64,000 bases of DNA, taken from the NCBI GenBank assembly GCA_902774845.1, contig CACYJU010000005.1, positions 22,050-86,049 on the forward strand, read 5' to 3'. Positions 35,018-44,631 of the stretch are shown one piece after another. The stretch comes from an uncultured Bacteroidota bacterium. Its GTDB lineage: Bacteria > Bacteroidota > Bacteroidia > Bacteroidales > P3. Each line of letters opens with the position of its first letter. Within the stretch, counting starts at the first letter, position 1. The notes beneath the pieces are model-generated. The model was not told where the DNA came from. It saw nothing but the letters and a program-made list of their open reading frames with translations, and searched no databases. Position numbers and translations under genes: made by a program.

Positions 35018-35866
35018 ATGAGACAACTGAAACTTACTGCGGCGCTTTTGGCCGTGACGATTGTGGCTGCCGGATGTGGCGGCTCGAAGAACGAGACTCC
35101 TCAGAAGGAGACTCCCAAGACATTGGTGCTCTACTATTCTTTGACCAATAACACCAAGCAGGTGGCGGAGGAGATAGCATCTCTCATGGGCGCTGACATA
35201 GAGCGTATCGAGGCTGTCGAGCCTTATGACACTGCCTTCCAACCCACGATAGAGCGTTGCATGAAAGAACGTGAGCAGGGTGTTTTGCCACAGATTCAGC
35301 CTTTGAATGCTGATTTGTCGCAATACGATGTCATCTTCATCGGCTATCCTGTCTGGTTCGGCACCTACGCTCCGCCGGTGATCACCTTCCTCACCAACAA
35401 CGACCTGAGCGGAAAGAAGATCGTCCCTTTCTGCACCTTCGGCAGTGGTGGACTTGAGTCGAGTATGAGAGACCTCGAGGCGGCTCAGCCCAATGCGGAG
35501 ATACTGCCTGGCTACGGTGTGCGTGCTGCACGTCTGGAGGCTATGCCTAAAGAGGTGGAGCAGTTCCTTGTCGCTGGCGGCTTCATCGAGGGCGAATACA
35601 CCGCACCTGAACCGTTCGGCGAGATACATGAGGTAAGCGAAGAAGAGACCGCCGTCTTCAACACTGCCGTAGACGGCTATCCGATGCTCAACGCAGAGGC
35701 CAAGACCGTAGCATCTCGTCCCATCGCCGACGGAACAGAATATCTCTTCATCGCCGTTGACAAACCCCGCAAAGCCAAACCCAAGATGTCACCAGGAAAT
35801 GAAGTCCAAGTCTACGTGACCGTCATAAACGGCCAGTCACCGGTCTTCACCAGAGTGGTGCGATAA
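35018..35866 (+). CDS. Flavodoxin-like lipoprotein
   Basis: Lipobox LAVTIVAAGCGG, and a flavodoxin-like LVLYYSLTNNTKQVAEEIA. Confidence 0.6.
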   Translation: MRQLKLTAALLAVTIVAAGCGGSKNETPQKETPKTLVLYYSLTNNTKQVAEEIASLMGADIERIEAVEPYDTAFQPTIERCMKEREQGVLPQIQPLNADLSQYDVIFIGYPVWFGTYAPPVITFLTNNDLSGKKIVPFCTFGSGGLESSMRDLEAAQPNAEILPGYGVRAARLEAMPKEVEQFLVAGGFIEGEYTAPEPFGEIHEVSEEETAVFNTAVDGYPMLNAEAKTVASRPIADGTEYLFIAVDKPRKAKPKMSPGNEVQVYVTVINGQSPVFTRVVR

Positions 35867-35871
35867 AAAGC

Positions 35872-36579
35872 CTAGCCTTCAAACGTGAAGCTGAACATCA
35901 GGGTTCTTGTTTTGAGGTAGTCGGCGGAACGGCTGTAGATATCGTCGTCTTCAACCCAGAGGTTGATGATGCCGAATCCGGCTTTGACGTCGATGGCGAA
36001 CTTCACATATTTGAGGAAGAAGTCTAATCCAAACCCTATGGTATAGTGCACTTCGTGCGGGTTGAGTCGCACGATGGCTTCGTCGTTGTTGTTCTTGTTC
36101 TTACGCAAGGAGGCGAAGTCGAAGCCGTAGGTGATGCCTCCCGTCACGTATGGACGGAAATTACGCCAACGCATGGCTCGGTAGCGGAACTCAAGTGGTA
36201 TCTCGCCATAGACGCTTTCGACGTTGCGGCGTATGTCGAGGTGTGGATGGGCGTCGAAGAAGGCGCTCTCCCACGAGTAGCTGAGCTCTCGGTTGATGAT
36301 GGTCACGCCTGGCAACAGGCGCAGGTTGAAGTACTTCCAGATGCGCAGGTCGCCTATGACGGCAATATGGAAGCCGGCGTTGTAGTAGGAGGTGACACCC
36401 TGCATCGAATCCCTCAAAGCGCTGTTCTCCGAGAACTTCAGGTCGAACTTCGACTGTGTGTAGCCTACCTGTATGCCGTAGTGCAGCAGTCGTCCGTCGA
36501 ACGAACTGAGGTTCGAAATCTGACTGTGAGCCGTAAGGCCGAAACAGCAGCAGAGGATTATGATCAGTAGCCTTTTCAA
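35872..36579 (-). CDS. Outer-membrane beta-barrel protein (PorT-like)
   Basis: Signal peptide KRLLIIILCCCFGLTAHSQ, alternating beta-strand pattern, terminal F-x-F-E-G. It has a TTG start immediately after an in-frame stop. Confidence 0.5.
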   Translation of the reverse strand: MKRLLIIILCCCFGLTAHSQISNLSSFDGRLLHYGIQVGYTQSKFDLKFSENSALRDSMQGVTSYYNAGFHIAVIGDLRIWKYFNLRLLPGVTIINRELSYSWESAFFDAHPHLDIRRNVESVYGEIPLEFRYRAMRWRNFRPYVTGGITYGFDFASLRKNKNNNDEAIVRLNPHEVHYTIGFGLDFFLKYVKFAIDVKAGFGIINLWVEDDDIYSRSADYLKTRTLMFSFTFEG

Positions 36580-36580
36580 T

Positions 36581-36684
36581 TATTCAAGCATTCAGGCAAT
36601 CAAGCATTCAAGCAATCAAGCAATCAGACATTCAGGCAATCAAGCATTCAAGCAATCAAGCAATCAGGCAATCAGGCAATCAAG
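36581..36684. repeat. Thirteen 8-bp tandem units (plus strand CAAGCATT/CAAGCAAT/CAGGCAAT, which is TTGAATGC/TTGATTGC/CTGATTGC on the minus strand)
   Basis: Read directly from the sequence. The ansA stop codon (36680-82) is the first TGA of the array on the gene strand. Confidence 0.95.
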
Positions 36685-37705
36685 CGTTCTCAACCTGTTC
36701 CATCTCGCCGCGGAGCGGGGTTTCGAGCATCCGCTTGACGATGTCTGGGTTGTCGCCGTAGTTGCCTAGGATGTGCATCATCTTGGTGACGGCGGCTTCG
36801 ATGGTGATGTCGTGTCCGCTGATGACGCCTATGCGCTCCATGTCGCAGCTGGCGGCATACTGGCGCAGCTTGACCGAGCCTGCCTTGCATTGGGTGACGT
36901 CGATAAGTACGATGCCGCGGTGGATGGCATCTTGTAGCGAGTTGATGAACCAATCCTCGGTGAGGGCGTTGCCAGAACCGTAGGCCTCGATGATGGCACC
37001 TTTGAGGCCTGGTGTGTGGAGGATGCTGTCAACCAGCTCTTTGGTTATTCCGGGAAAGAGCTTCAATACGGCTATATGCTCGTCGAACTGCTTCCATACC
37101 TTCAGCTCTCCTTCCGGTTGCGGCATGAAGAGGTGTTTCTTGTAGGTGAGCGTGATGCCTGCTTTGGCGAGTGAGGGGTAGTTGTACGATTTGAAGGCGT
37201 CGAAGTTCTCGGCGCTTACCTTCGTGCTGCGGTTGCCGCGGTAGAGGCGGTTCTCGAAGAAGACGCATACTTCGGGGATGACCACCTCCTTGCAGGCGGC
37301 TATTTCTAAGGCGCATACGATGTTCTCACGTCCGTCGCTGCGCAGCATGCCGAGTGGCAGCTGGCTGCCGGTGAGCACCACCGGCTTGCCAAGGTTCTCG
37401 AGCATAAAGCTCAGAGCCGAGGCGGTGTAGGCCATGGTGTCGGTGCCGTGGAGTACGACGAAGCCGTCATATTTATCGTATTCACGCTTGATTATCTCCG
37501 CGATGTCGACCCACACGCGGGGGGTCATGTTGGAGGAGTCTATGATATTGTCCAGCTGGCAGGAGTCGATGGTGTAGTCGCAGAGCTCGAGCTGCGGTAC
37601 CGCCTCGAAGATGCCCTTCAGGGCGAAAGGATGGAGCGATCCGTCCTTGCCTTGCACCATTCCGATGGTGCCGCCGGTATAGATTATCAGAACTTTGTTT
37701 TGCAT
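36680..37705 (-). CDS. ansA: Type I L-asparaginase
   Basis: LIIYTGGTIGM and VLHGTDTMAYTAS active-site motifs. Confidence 0.9.
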   Translation of the reverse strand: MQNKVLIIYTGGTIGMVQGKDGSLHPFALKGIFEAVPQLELCDYTIDSCQLDNIIDSSNMTPRVWVDIAEIIKREYDKYDGFVVLHGTDTMAYTASALSFMLENLGKPVVLTGSQLPLGMLRSDGRENIVCALEIAACKEVVIPEVCVFFENRLYRGNRSTKVSAENFDAFKSYNYPSLAKAGITLTYKKHLFMPQPEGELKVWKQFDEHIAVLKLFPGITKELVDSILHTPGLKGAIIEAYGSGNALTEDWFINSLQDAIHRGIVLIDVTQCKAGSVKLRQYAASCDMERIGVISGHDITIEAAVTKMMHILGNYGDNPDIVKRMLETPLRGEMEQVENA

Positions 37706-37918
37706 CGGTTACGTATTGAACACCATAAAGTAACGCCTTTAGTCGCCTTTTATTTTAGATGAATTCTTTATAAATGTTAAAATGATCTGGCGACTAGTGT
37801 TGGAAATCCGCATGGAGAAATTTCTGATTTATGGTGCCGCAGGTGCTATAAAGGCTGAACAATGAAATGTATATATGGCTCGTTTACTGGGGTGGTTCGA
37901 TGTTTCGATTTTTATTCG

Positions 37919-37926
37919 TATCTTTG
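37919..37926 (+). promoter_or_regulatory. -7 promoter box TAtcTTTG
   Basis: cgTATCTTTGcagtc lies 29 nt upstream of the ATG at 37955. Confidence 0.55.
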
Positions 37927-37954
37927 CAGTCGCTTACGAGAGTTACGTTATTAT

Positions 37955-38224
37955 ATGGAGAGTAAAGTAATGGAAACTGCACACAGAACAAGCCCGCAGA
38001 TGCGCGACACATTGATTGCATTGCGTAGCAGAGCAACCGAACTTGCCGCCAAGTCGGAAGACGAGTTCCTTTTGGCTGATATAGTCGCAATGCTTAGTGG
38101 TATTAAGTTGCCGTGTACTTACACAAAAGAGGAGTTCTCGACCATATTAAAAGAGGCAGACGAGGATTACAAGACTGGTCGATTTGTCGTACAAGATGAA
38201 CTTCGCGAAAAATATGACATATAA
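37955..38224 (+). CDS. Small hypothetical protein (89 aa)
   Basis: ORF following a -7 box. The track start at 37862 lies upstream of that box. Confidence 0.45.
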   Translation: MESKVMETAHRTSPQMRDTLIALRSRATELAAKSEDEFLLADIVAMLSGIKLPCTYTKEEFSTILKEADEDYKTGRFVVQDELREKYDI

Positions 38225-38262
38225 AATCCACAGGTTACAATAAATCAAAAATCTATATCACA

Positions 38263-41184
38263 ATGAAACAACGTTTGTCATTAGTCCTGATGCTGTTCGT
38301 CCTCTTTGCCGGGACGGTGTCAGCACAGAAGTATTCGTACAAAACCTATCCTAACGACCCGCTGGGTGTACGCGAGTATACCCTTGACAACGGTCTGAAG
38401 GTGTTTATGAGCGTGTATAAGGACGCTCCGAAGGTGCAGACCTATATCGCCGTACGTGCTGGCTCTCGCAACGACCCGCACGAGACCACCGGTTTGGCTC
38501 ACTACCTGGAACACATGATGTTCAAGGGCACCCAGAAACTCGGTACCACCGACTGGGAGAAAGAGAAGGTTCTCATCCAGAAGATTGAAGACCTCTTTGA
38601 GGCATATCGTATGTTTGACGACGCCACCACCCGTGCCGCTATCTACCACAAGATCGACAGCCTGAGCTACGAGGCTTCGAAGCTGGCTGTCGCCAACGAG
38701 TACGACAAGGCCATGACCGCCATCGGCTCGACAGGCACCAACGCTTTCACCTCGAACGACTACACGATGTATGTGGAGAACATACCGAGCAACCAGATTG
38801 AGACCTGGTGCGAGGTGCAGGCCGACCGCTTCCAGAACCTGGTGCTGCGTCTCTTCCATACCGAGCTGGAGACCATCTACGAGGAGAAGAACATGAGCCT
38901 CACCAAGGACAACCGCAAGGCTAACGAGGCTATGTTCGCTGCCCTCTTCCCGCACCACCCCTACGGCACCCAGACCACCCTCGGCGAGCAGGCTCACCTG
39001 AAGAACCCGTCGATGCGCAACATACGCAACTTCGTCGCCACCTACTATGTGCCGAACAACATCTGCATCAGCATGGCCGGTGACTTCGACCCCGACGAGG
39101 CAATAAAGATTATCGACAAATACTGGGGCAACATGAAGCCCGGCAATGTGCCTGAGCTGAAGTTCGAGCGTGAGCAGCCCATCACCTCTGTCATCACCAA
39201 GACCGTCACGGGTCTGGATGCTGAGAACACCATCCGTGCCTACCGTCTGGACAGCGGCAACGGCAGCCACGACGCTATGCTGGCTGACCTGCTGGAGAGC
39301 GTGCTGAACAACGGCAAATGCGGTCTTATAGACCTGAACGTGAACCAGCAGCAGCGCTGCATGGGTGCCTACGCTGGCACTTATACTCTCAACGACTACG
39401 GTGCATTCATGTTCGGCGGCCAGCCCATGCAGGGTCAGACCCTCGAGCAGGTGCAGGCTCTCTTCGACGAGCAGATCGCTCTCGTGAAACAGGGCAAGTT
39501 CGACGACTGGATGCTGGAAGCTGCCATCAACAATATGAAGCTCGCCATCATGAAACGCGCCGAGAGCAACAACAGCCGCGCCAGCCAGATGGCCTACGCC
39601 TTCGTGGAGCACCGCAACTGGGGCGATGTCTGCAACGAACTGAACGAGCTCTCCAAGATAACCAAGAAAGAACTGGTTGACTTCGCCAACCGCCTGTTCA
39701 AGGACAACAACTATGTTATCGTGAACAAGCTGCAGGGCGAGCCCGAGCCTATACTGAAGGTCTCCAAGCCTCCTATCACTCCGATTGAGGTGGGTCGCGA
39801 CAACGAGAGCGCTTTCTTGAAAGAGATAAAAGCTCGTCAGGTGACTCCTATAGAGCCTGTGTTTGTCGACTTTTCGAAAGACCTGACCAAACGTAAGCTC
39901 TCCAACGGCACCGAGATGCTCTATGTGCAGAATAAGGAAAACAAGACCTTCAACCTCATCTATCGTTTCGACTTCGGCGAGAGAGCTGGCCAGTTAGGAA
40001 AGACCCTCGACCTGGCTGCCGACGTGCTCGACTACCTCGGCACCTCGAAACATACTCCTGAGCAGCTGCAGGAGGAGTTCTATAAGCTTGCCTGCAACTA
40101 CAGTGTGAGCGTGGGATCTGAGAATATCAACGTCAGCATCAGCGGCTTGAGCGAGAATATGGAAGCTGCTATGAGACTCGTTGAGGAGGTGCTCTCTGAC
40201 GCTCAGCCCAACGACCAGGCTCTGCAGATGCTCGTGGCTCGTATACTCAAAGGCCGTGAGAACGCAAAACACAACCAGCAGAGCTGTTTCCGCGCTCTGG
40301 GCAACTATGGTATCTACGGCGAGGATTCGCCGAGCCTCGATATGCTCAGCGCCGATCAGCTGAAAGCTATGAAATGCAGCCAGCTCACCGACGCCCTGCA
40401 TTCGCTCTGCGGCTATCAGCACCGCGTGCTCTTCTATGGTCCTGAACCTGACGACGTCATCGCCAAGACTATCGCAGGCATACACAAGACTCCTGCCAAG
40501 CTGCAGAAGGCTCCTGCCAACAAGAAAATCACCCCGAAGGCTGTGTCTGAGAATACCGTCTATTTCGTTGACTACAACGCTAACCAGACCTACATGCGCG
40601 AGCACTTCCGCGGTGAGAAGTTCAACACCAAGAACGAGGCTGTGATGGACATCTTCAACGAGTACTTCGGTGGCTCTATGAACGCCATCGTCTTCCAGGA
40701 GATGCGAGAGAAACGCTCGCTGGCTTACAGTGCTCAGAGCTACTACATCACCCCGAGCGACAAGGACGGCTATTTCACCAACGCTGCCATCATCGCCACT
40801 CAGAACGACAAGCTCATCGATGCCATGAACGCTTTCAACGAGCTGTTCGACCAGATGCCTGTGGCCGAGGCTAACTTCGCTATGGCTAAGGATGCTGAGA
40901 TTAGCGGCATACGCACCTCGCGCACCACCAAGATGGGCATCATCAACAGCTACCTCTACTATGAGAAGATGGGCTTCGACCCCAAGAAACCGCGCGCCAA
41001 GATACTCTTCGAGGCCTACCCGAAGGTGACCATGCAGAACGTCATCGACTTCAACAAGAAGTACATCAAGGGCCAGAAGAAGGTCTATATGTGCCTCGGT
41101 AAGGAAGCTGAGATGGACTTCAACGCTCTCGGCAAGTTCGGCAAGGTGAAGAAACTGAAGCTGGAAGACATCTTCGGATACTAA
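38263..41184 (+). CDS. M16-family (insulinase-like) zinc peptidase, secreted
   Basis: Signal peptide, and the inverted zinc motif HYLEHMMFKG (HxxEH). 973 aa with two M16 modules. Confidence 0.9.
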   Translation: MKQRLSLVLMLFVLFAGTVSAQKYSYKTYPNDPLGVREYTLDNGLKVFMSVYKDAPKVQTYIAVRAGSRNDPHETTGLAHYLEHMMFKGTQKLGTTDWEKEKVLIQKIEDLFEAYRMFDDATTRAAIYHKIDSLSYEASKLAVANEYDKAMTAIGSTGTNAFTSNDYTMYVENIPSNQIETWCEVQADRFQNLVLRLFHTELETIYEEKNMSLTKDNRKANEAMFAALFPHHPYGTQTTLGEQAHLKNPSMRNIRNFVATYYVPNNICISMAGDFDPDEAIKIIDKYWGNMKPGNVPELKFEREQPITSVITKTVTGLDAENTIRAYRLDSGNGSHDAMLADLLESVLNNGKCGLIDLNVNQQQRCMGAYAGTYTLNDYGAFMFGGQPMQGQTLEQVQALFDEQIALVKQGKFDDWMLEAAINNMKLAIMKRAESNNSRASQMAYAFVEHRNWGDVCNELNELSKITKKELVDFANRLFKDNNYVIVNKLQGEPEPILKVSKPPITPIEVGRDNESAFLKEIKARQVTPIEPVFVDFSKDLTKRKLSNGTEMLYVQNKENKTFNLIYRFDFGERAGQLGKTLDLAADVLDYLGTSKHTPEQLQEEFYKLACNYSVSVGSENINVSISGLSENMEAAMRLVEEVLSDAQPNDQALQMLVARILKGRENAKHNQQSCFRALGNYGIYGEDSPSLDMLSADQLKAMKCSQLTDALHSLCGYQHRVLFYGPEPDDVIAKTIAGIHKTPAKLQKAPANKKITPKAVSENTVYFVDYNANQTYMREHFRGEKFNTKNEAVMDIFNEYFGGSMNAIVFQEMREKRSLAYSAQSYYITPSDKDGYFTNAAIIATQNDKLIDAMNAFNELFDQMPVAEANFAMAKDAEISGIRTSRTTKMGIINSYLYYEKMGFDPKKPRAKILFEAYPKVTMQNVIDFNKKYIKGQKKVYMCLGKEAEMDFNALGKFGKVKKLKLEDIFGY

Positions 41185-41196
41185 ACTACCAAGGGA

Positions 41197-44139
41197 TTGA
41201 ATCTTATCAAGCTCAAAAAGACAGAACGCAACGGCAGCATCATTGCTGCCGTTGCTATTATTGCGCTTTCTCTTCTGCTCGGATTGCGTACCATTAACGA
41301 CTATCCGGCTCACATACATGCTTGGGCTCAGGGCGACTGGTACGCCATTTCGTTAGGCTTCCAGAACAACGGCTTCGACCTTTTCCACCCTGAGACAAAT
41401 ATTTACAACAAGCAGTTTCCTGGTTGGTGGAAGGTCGACTATGGCAATACCGTCACCTCTGTCGATTTTCCGATACACGGTTATATCATTGCTCTGCTGA
41501 TGAAGTTCTTCGGCACGTCGGCTCCGTGGGTCTATCGTGGCTGGACTCTGCTCTGCAGCGTCTTGGGTCTCTGGTTCCTCTTCCTTCTGGGACGACGGCT
41601 CACTTCGAGGACGGTGAAGTCTCTGCTGGTGGTTATGCTGGCGGCCACATCGCCTCTCTTCGTCTACTACTTCAACAACTACCTCGTCTCGGCACCTGCG
41701 CTGGAGTTGGTGTCGGCCGGTCTCTGGGCATACGTGAAATACTACCAGACCGACAAAGGCAGAAGCTGGAACCTATCTATAGCGTTCCTTACGCTCGCCA
41801 CCATGATGCGCACATCACATGCGGTGGTCCTCATAGCGGTCTTTTCGTTTGAATTGCTGCGGGTGTTCCGTAAAGAGAGTCCTTTCCTTAAACGTCTGCC
41901 TGCGGTGGTGGTGTCGCTGCTTCTTATCATCGGATATATGTTGTGGAATGCCCATCTGCGGAGTCTCAACGGTTCGCTGTTCCTTAACGAATTGGAGCTG
42001 CCTCGTGGGTGGGATGATGTGGTCAATGTACACAACAATGTGCGTGAGCGTTGGATGTACCGCTATTTCAGCAAGCTGCAGCAGATCATTATGGCATGCA
42101 TTGCAGGTTTGGCGTTGATTGGCATACTATTGAGGAGAAGAGGTCGGATGAGGATACAGCCAGAAAAACTGAACATCGGATTTCTGCTGCTTATCTGGTT
42201 TGTAGGTGAAGTGGCTTTCTGTGTGGCTATGATGCGTCAGTTCGTCGACCACGACTATTATTTTCTCGACAGCCTCTTCCTGCCTGTCCTGTTTCTGATG
42301 TTTCTCGCCTTGCGGCAGCTGCCGCAACTGCGCAGACTGCTGGCTCCGGTCGGTTGGGTTGCGCTGATTCTGCTCGCTGGTACGATGTACAACAACGCAA
42401 AGCATGAGCTGATAAAGTCTAAGGCTGAAAAAGACCGCAGTGTGGAGTGCTTCGCCAACTATGATGAGTCGGACGTCTGGCTCGACGAACAGGGGGTTCA
42501 GCGCGATGCTCGAATACTCTCGCTCTTCTCCTATCCTCAAAACACTCCTTTCATACAGATGGGCCGCAAGGGGTACAGCATGATGTGGTTGGATGATGAT
42601 ATTGTCCAGCAGGCTGTAAGCTTCCCGTACGACTATATCGTGGTCGAAGACTGCAAGGTGCGGGAGCTGTTTGACATCAAGGTATGCGGCTTTATGAAAT
42701 ATATGCGACGTATCTCTGGCAACGGACGTGTCTCGCTGGCTGTCATGGAAGATACTGTGGTCAACCGCACCGTCGACGACTTCTTCTATGAGCCTGACTA
42801 TGTACAACTTTACAACGGACACTTCGCTGTCAACCGCTCGGAGTGGTTCCCTCTGATGCTTAACTATCGTGCCGAGTTCCGTGAGAAGGATGGCCGTCTG
42901 CGTGTCGTCCCTATGAAATACTATGGTGGCGACGATATCACATCTCATTTCGACACTATCGCCTCCTGGGGCTTCAACGCTGTGAGGGTCTGCCTCGATG
43001 TGATGGATGAAACTCTTGACACCGCAGAGGCTTATGCCGCCACCCGTCGTATGGTCCAGCAGGCTGCCGATGCAGGACTGCGGGTCATGCTGCTAATAAA
43101 ACCTCCATTGGATGACTATTGGCGCTCTTACACCATTGGGCTGCTGAAACGGCTTGCCGACTTGCCCGCTCTCTGGGCTTACGACTTTTTGAACGAGCCG
43201 CTCTATTTCGACCCTGTTGTCGACCGACCAAAGGAGGATGCGATTAAGATAGTACGGGAATGGCGTGACATGGTACGCCGTTATGCTCCGCACCAGCTTT
43301 TCACTGTGGCCACAGCTGAGCCTATAGAGGTGTTTGAATGGGACCCTTCGATGCTGCCTGTCGATTTCATAGAGATGCATACTTACCATCCGCTGCGTGT
43401 GCAATCGGAGATGTGGTGGTACAGTCACTACTGTGGCAAGCCCTGGATGGTGGGTGAGACTGGTCTTCCTGCCGACGGCGACAGAGTAAGCTATGTCGAG
43501 CAGGAACGGTTTATGAAAGAGACCTATATCTATGCACGGGCAAACGGTGCTATAGGTTACGGCTGGTGGGAGTTTCAGGATTGCCTTTCGGGAGTCAACT
43601 TCGAGGCTCAGTATACAGGGCTGCGTGACGTAAAGGGACACCGCAAGCCGGCTGCCAGTTTGGCTGCGTCGCTTCGTTCCCTCTCTTTCGGTCAGGATGA
43701 ATGTATCATGCCAGTAAACTATTACAATATGCTCGCCTACCGCAATCTCGCCATCACGGGTGCGGTGGTGGATGAACATGGACACCCTGTCGAGGGGGCT
43801 GTGATACGAGGGTGGAACGACGACTGGAGCGTGGGGGTGAACACTTACTCTGACGGTAAGGGTCGGTTCCGCCTGGTGTCCAACGACATTTGTACCCATT
43901 TTGAGGTATCGGCTTCTGGATGCAGCAGGGTGAAGTTCGACAACTCAAACCTCTTCCCGACAAACCTCTCGCTTCCTGACCGTCATAGGGAGTATCAGTC
44001 GATACCGCTTACAGGATGGGACCTATGGTATTATAGTGAACCGATAAATGAAGGCTGTATGCCGTCGAATAAAAAAGACTTCGCGGCGGAGAAAGCGCTA
44101 TCACGAAGTCTTGGAAACGTCAAGTTAAAACGGCTGTAA
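41197..44139 (+). CDS. Polytopic membrane domain (GT39/ArnT-like) fused to a GH5 glycoside hydrolase and a CarboxypepD_reg-like domain
   Basis: About 400 aa with at least 9 hydrophobic segments. GH5 acid/base YDFLNEP and nucleophile PWMVGETG. Then GAVVDEHGHPVEGAVIRG...SDGKGRFRL. TTG start. Confidence 0.65.
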   Translation: MNLIKLKKTERNGSIIAAVAIIALSLLLGLRTINDYPAHIHAWAQGDWYAISLGFQNNGFDLFHPETNIYNKQFPGWWKVDYGNTVTSVDFPIHGYIIALLMKFFGTSAPWVYRGWTLLCSVLGLWFLFLLGRRLTSRTVKSLLVVMLAATSPLFVYYFNNYLVSAPALELVSAGLWAYVKYYQTDKGRSWNLSIAFLTLATMMRTSHAVVLIAVFSFELLRVFRKESPFLKRLPAVVVSLLLIIGYMLWNAHLRSLNGSLFLNELELPRGWDDVVNVHNNVRERWMYRYFSKLQQIIMACIAGLALIGILLRRRGRMRIQPEKLNIGFLLLIWFVGEVAFCVAMMRQFVDHDYYFLDSLFLPVLFLMFLALRQLPQLRRLLAPVGWVALILLAGTMYNNAKHELIKSKAEKDRSVECFANYDESDVWLDEQGVQRDARILSLFSYPQNTPFIQMGRKGYSMMWLDDDIVQQAVSFPYDYIVVEDCKVRELFDIKVCGFMKYMRRISGNGRVSLAVMEDTVVNRTVDDFFYEPDYVQLYNGHFAVNRSEWFPLMLNYRAEFREKDGRLRVVPMKYYGGDDITSHFDTIASWGFNAVRVCLDVMDETLDTAEAYAATRRMVQQAADAGLRVMLLIKPPLDDYWRSYTIGLLKRLADLPALWAYDFLNEPLYFDPVVDRPKEDAIKIVREWRDMVRRYAPHQLFTVATAEPIEVFEWDPSMLPVDFIEMHTYHPLRVQSEMWWYSHYCGKPWMVGETGLPADGDRVSYVEQERFMKETYIYARANGAIGYGWWEFQDCLSGVNFEAQYTGLRDVKGHRKPAASLAASLRSLSFGQDECIMPVNYYNMLAYRNLAITGAVVDEHGHPVEGAVIRGWNDDWSVGVNTYSDGKGRFRLVSNDICTHFEVSASGCSRVKFDNSNLFPTNLSLPDRHREYQSIPLTGWDLWYYSEPINEGCMPSNKKDFAAEKALSRSLGNVKLKRL

Positions 44140-44142
44140 GAG

Positions 44143-44625
44143 CTAATATATTTCTTTAATCGTCTGCGTCAATCCGTTGATGGTTATCGTGTCGCCTGGT
44201 TTCTTGCCTTTCAGGGCTATGTATACAGGTGTTTGGGCGGAGATGGCGTAGTAGTCTTCTTTCTTGCCGTCTGTCTCCACCTGGAATTTTCCTAAGCCTA
44301 TGCTCATGAAGAAGCGCTGGCGGTCGGTGATGACGATAGCGCCGTGGTCGGCGGTGTCTGAAGGCTGCATTTTCAGCAGGTCACCCAGCACCCGCAGGCC
44401 GGCGTTGGCGTTAGCAAGCTGTTTGGCATACATGTCGCGCGAGTGCATCATCTTGGTGCGGTACGAGTCGTAACGGTCCACGTTGGCGCCGTAGTCGTTG
44501 CTTTGCTGCTGTGCCGAGTCCATCTCCTGCTTTGCCACAAAAGCAATCTGCTCCTGATGTTTGATGCAGGAGCAGATCACTTGTTGCCTATGCTCTTCCC
44601 TAGTCATACTAGTTTCCCTAGTCAT
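44143..44625 (-). CDS. GreA/GreB-family protein (C-terminal FKBP-like domain)
   Basis: ISAQTPVYIALKGKKPGDTITINGLTQTIKEIY matches the GreA C-terminal SP.G.AL.GKK.GD pattern. Confidence 0.55.
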   Translation of the reverse strand: MTRETSMTREEHRQQVICSCIKHQEQIAFVAKQEMDSAQQQSNDYGANVDRYDSYRTKMMHSRDMYAKQLANANAGLRVLGDLLKMQPSDTADHGAIVITDRQRFFMSIGLGKFQVETDGKKEDYYAISAQTPVYIALKGKKPGDTITINGLTQTIKEIY

Positions 44626-44631
44626 ACTAGT
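44596..44631. repeat. Perfect 18-bp tandem duplication (ttccctagtcatactagt x2)
   Basis: Read directly from the sequence. It duplicates the start-codon region, giving MTRETS-MTRE. Confidence 0.95.

Noticed and set aside
38320-41319. Long minus-strand ORFs (38320-39612 and 39994-41319) inside the M16 peptidase gene.
   Set aside because: They are antisense shadows of a well-supported gene that has an HxxEH motif and a signal peptide. They show no motifs and have V/G/L/H-rich composition.
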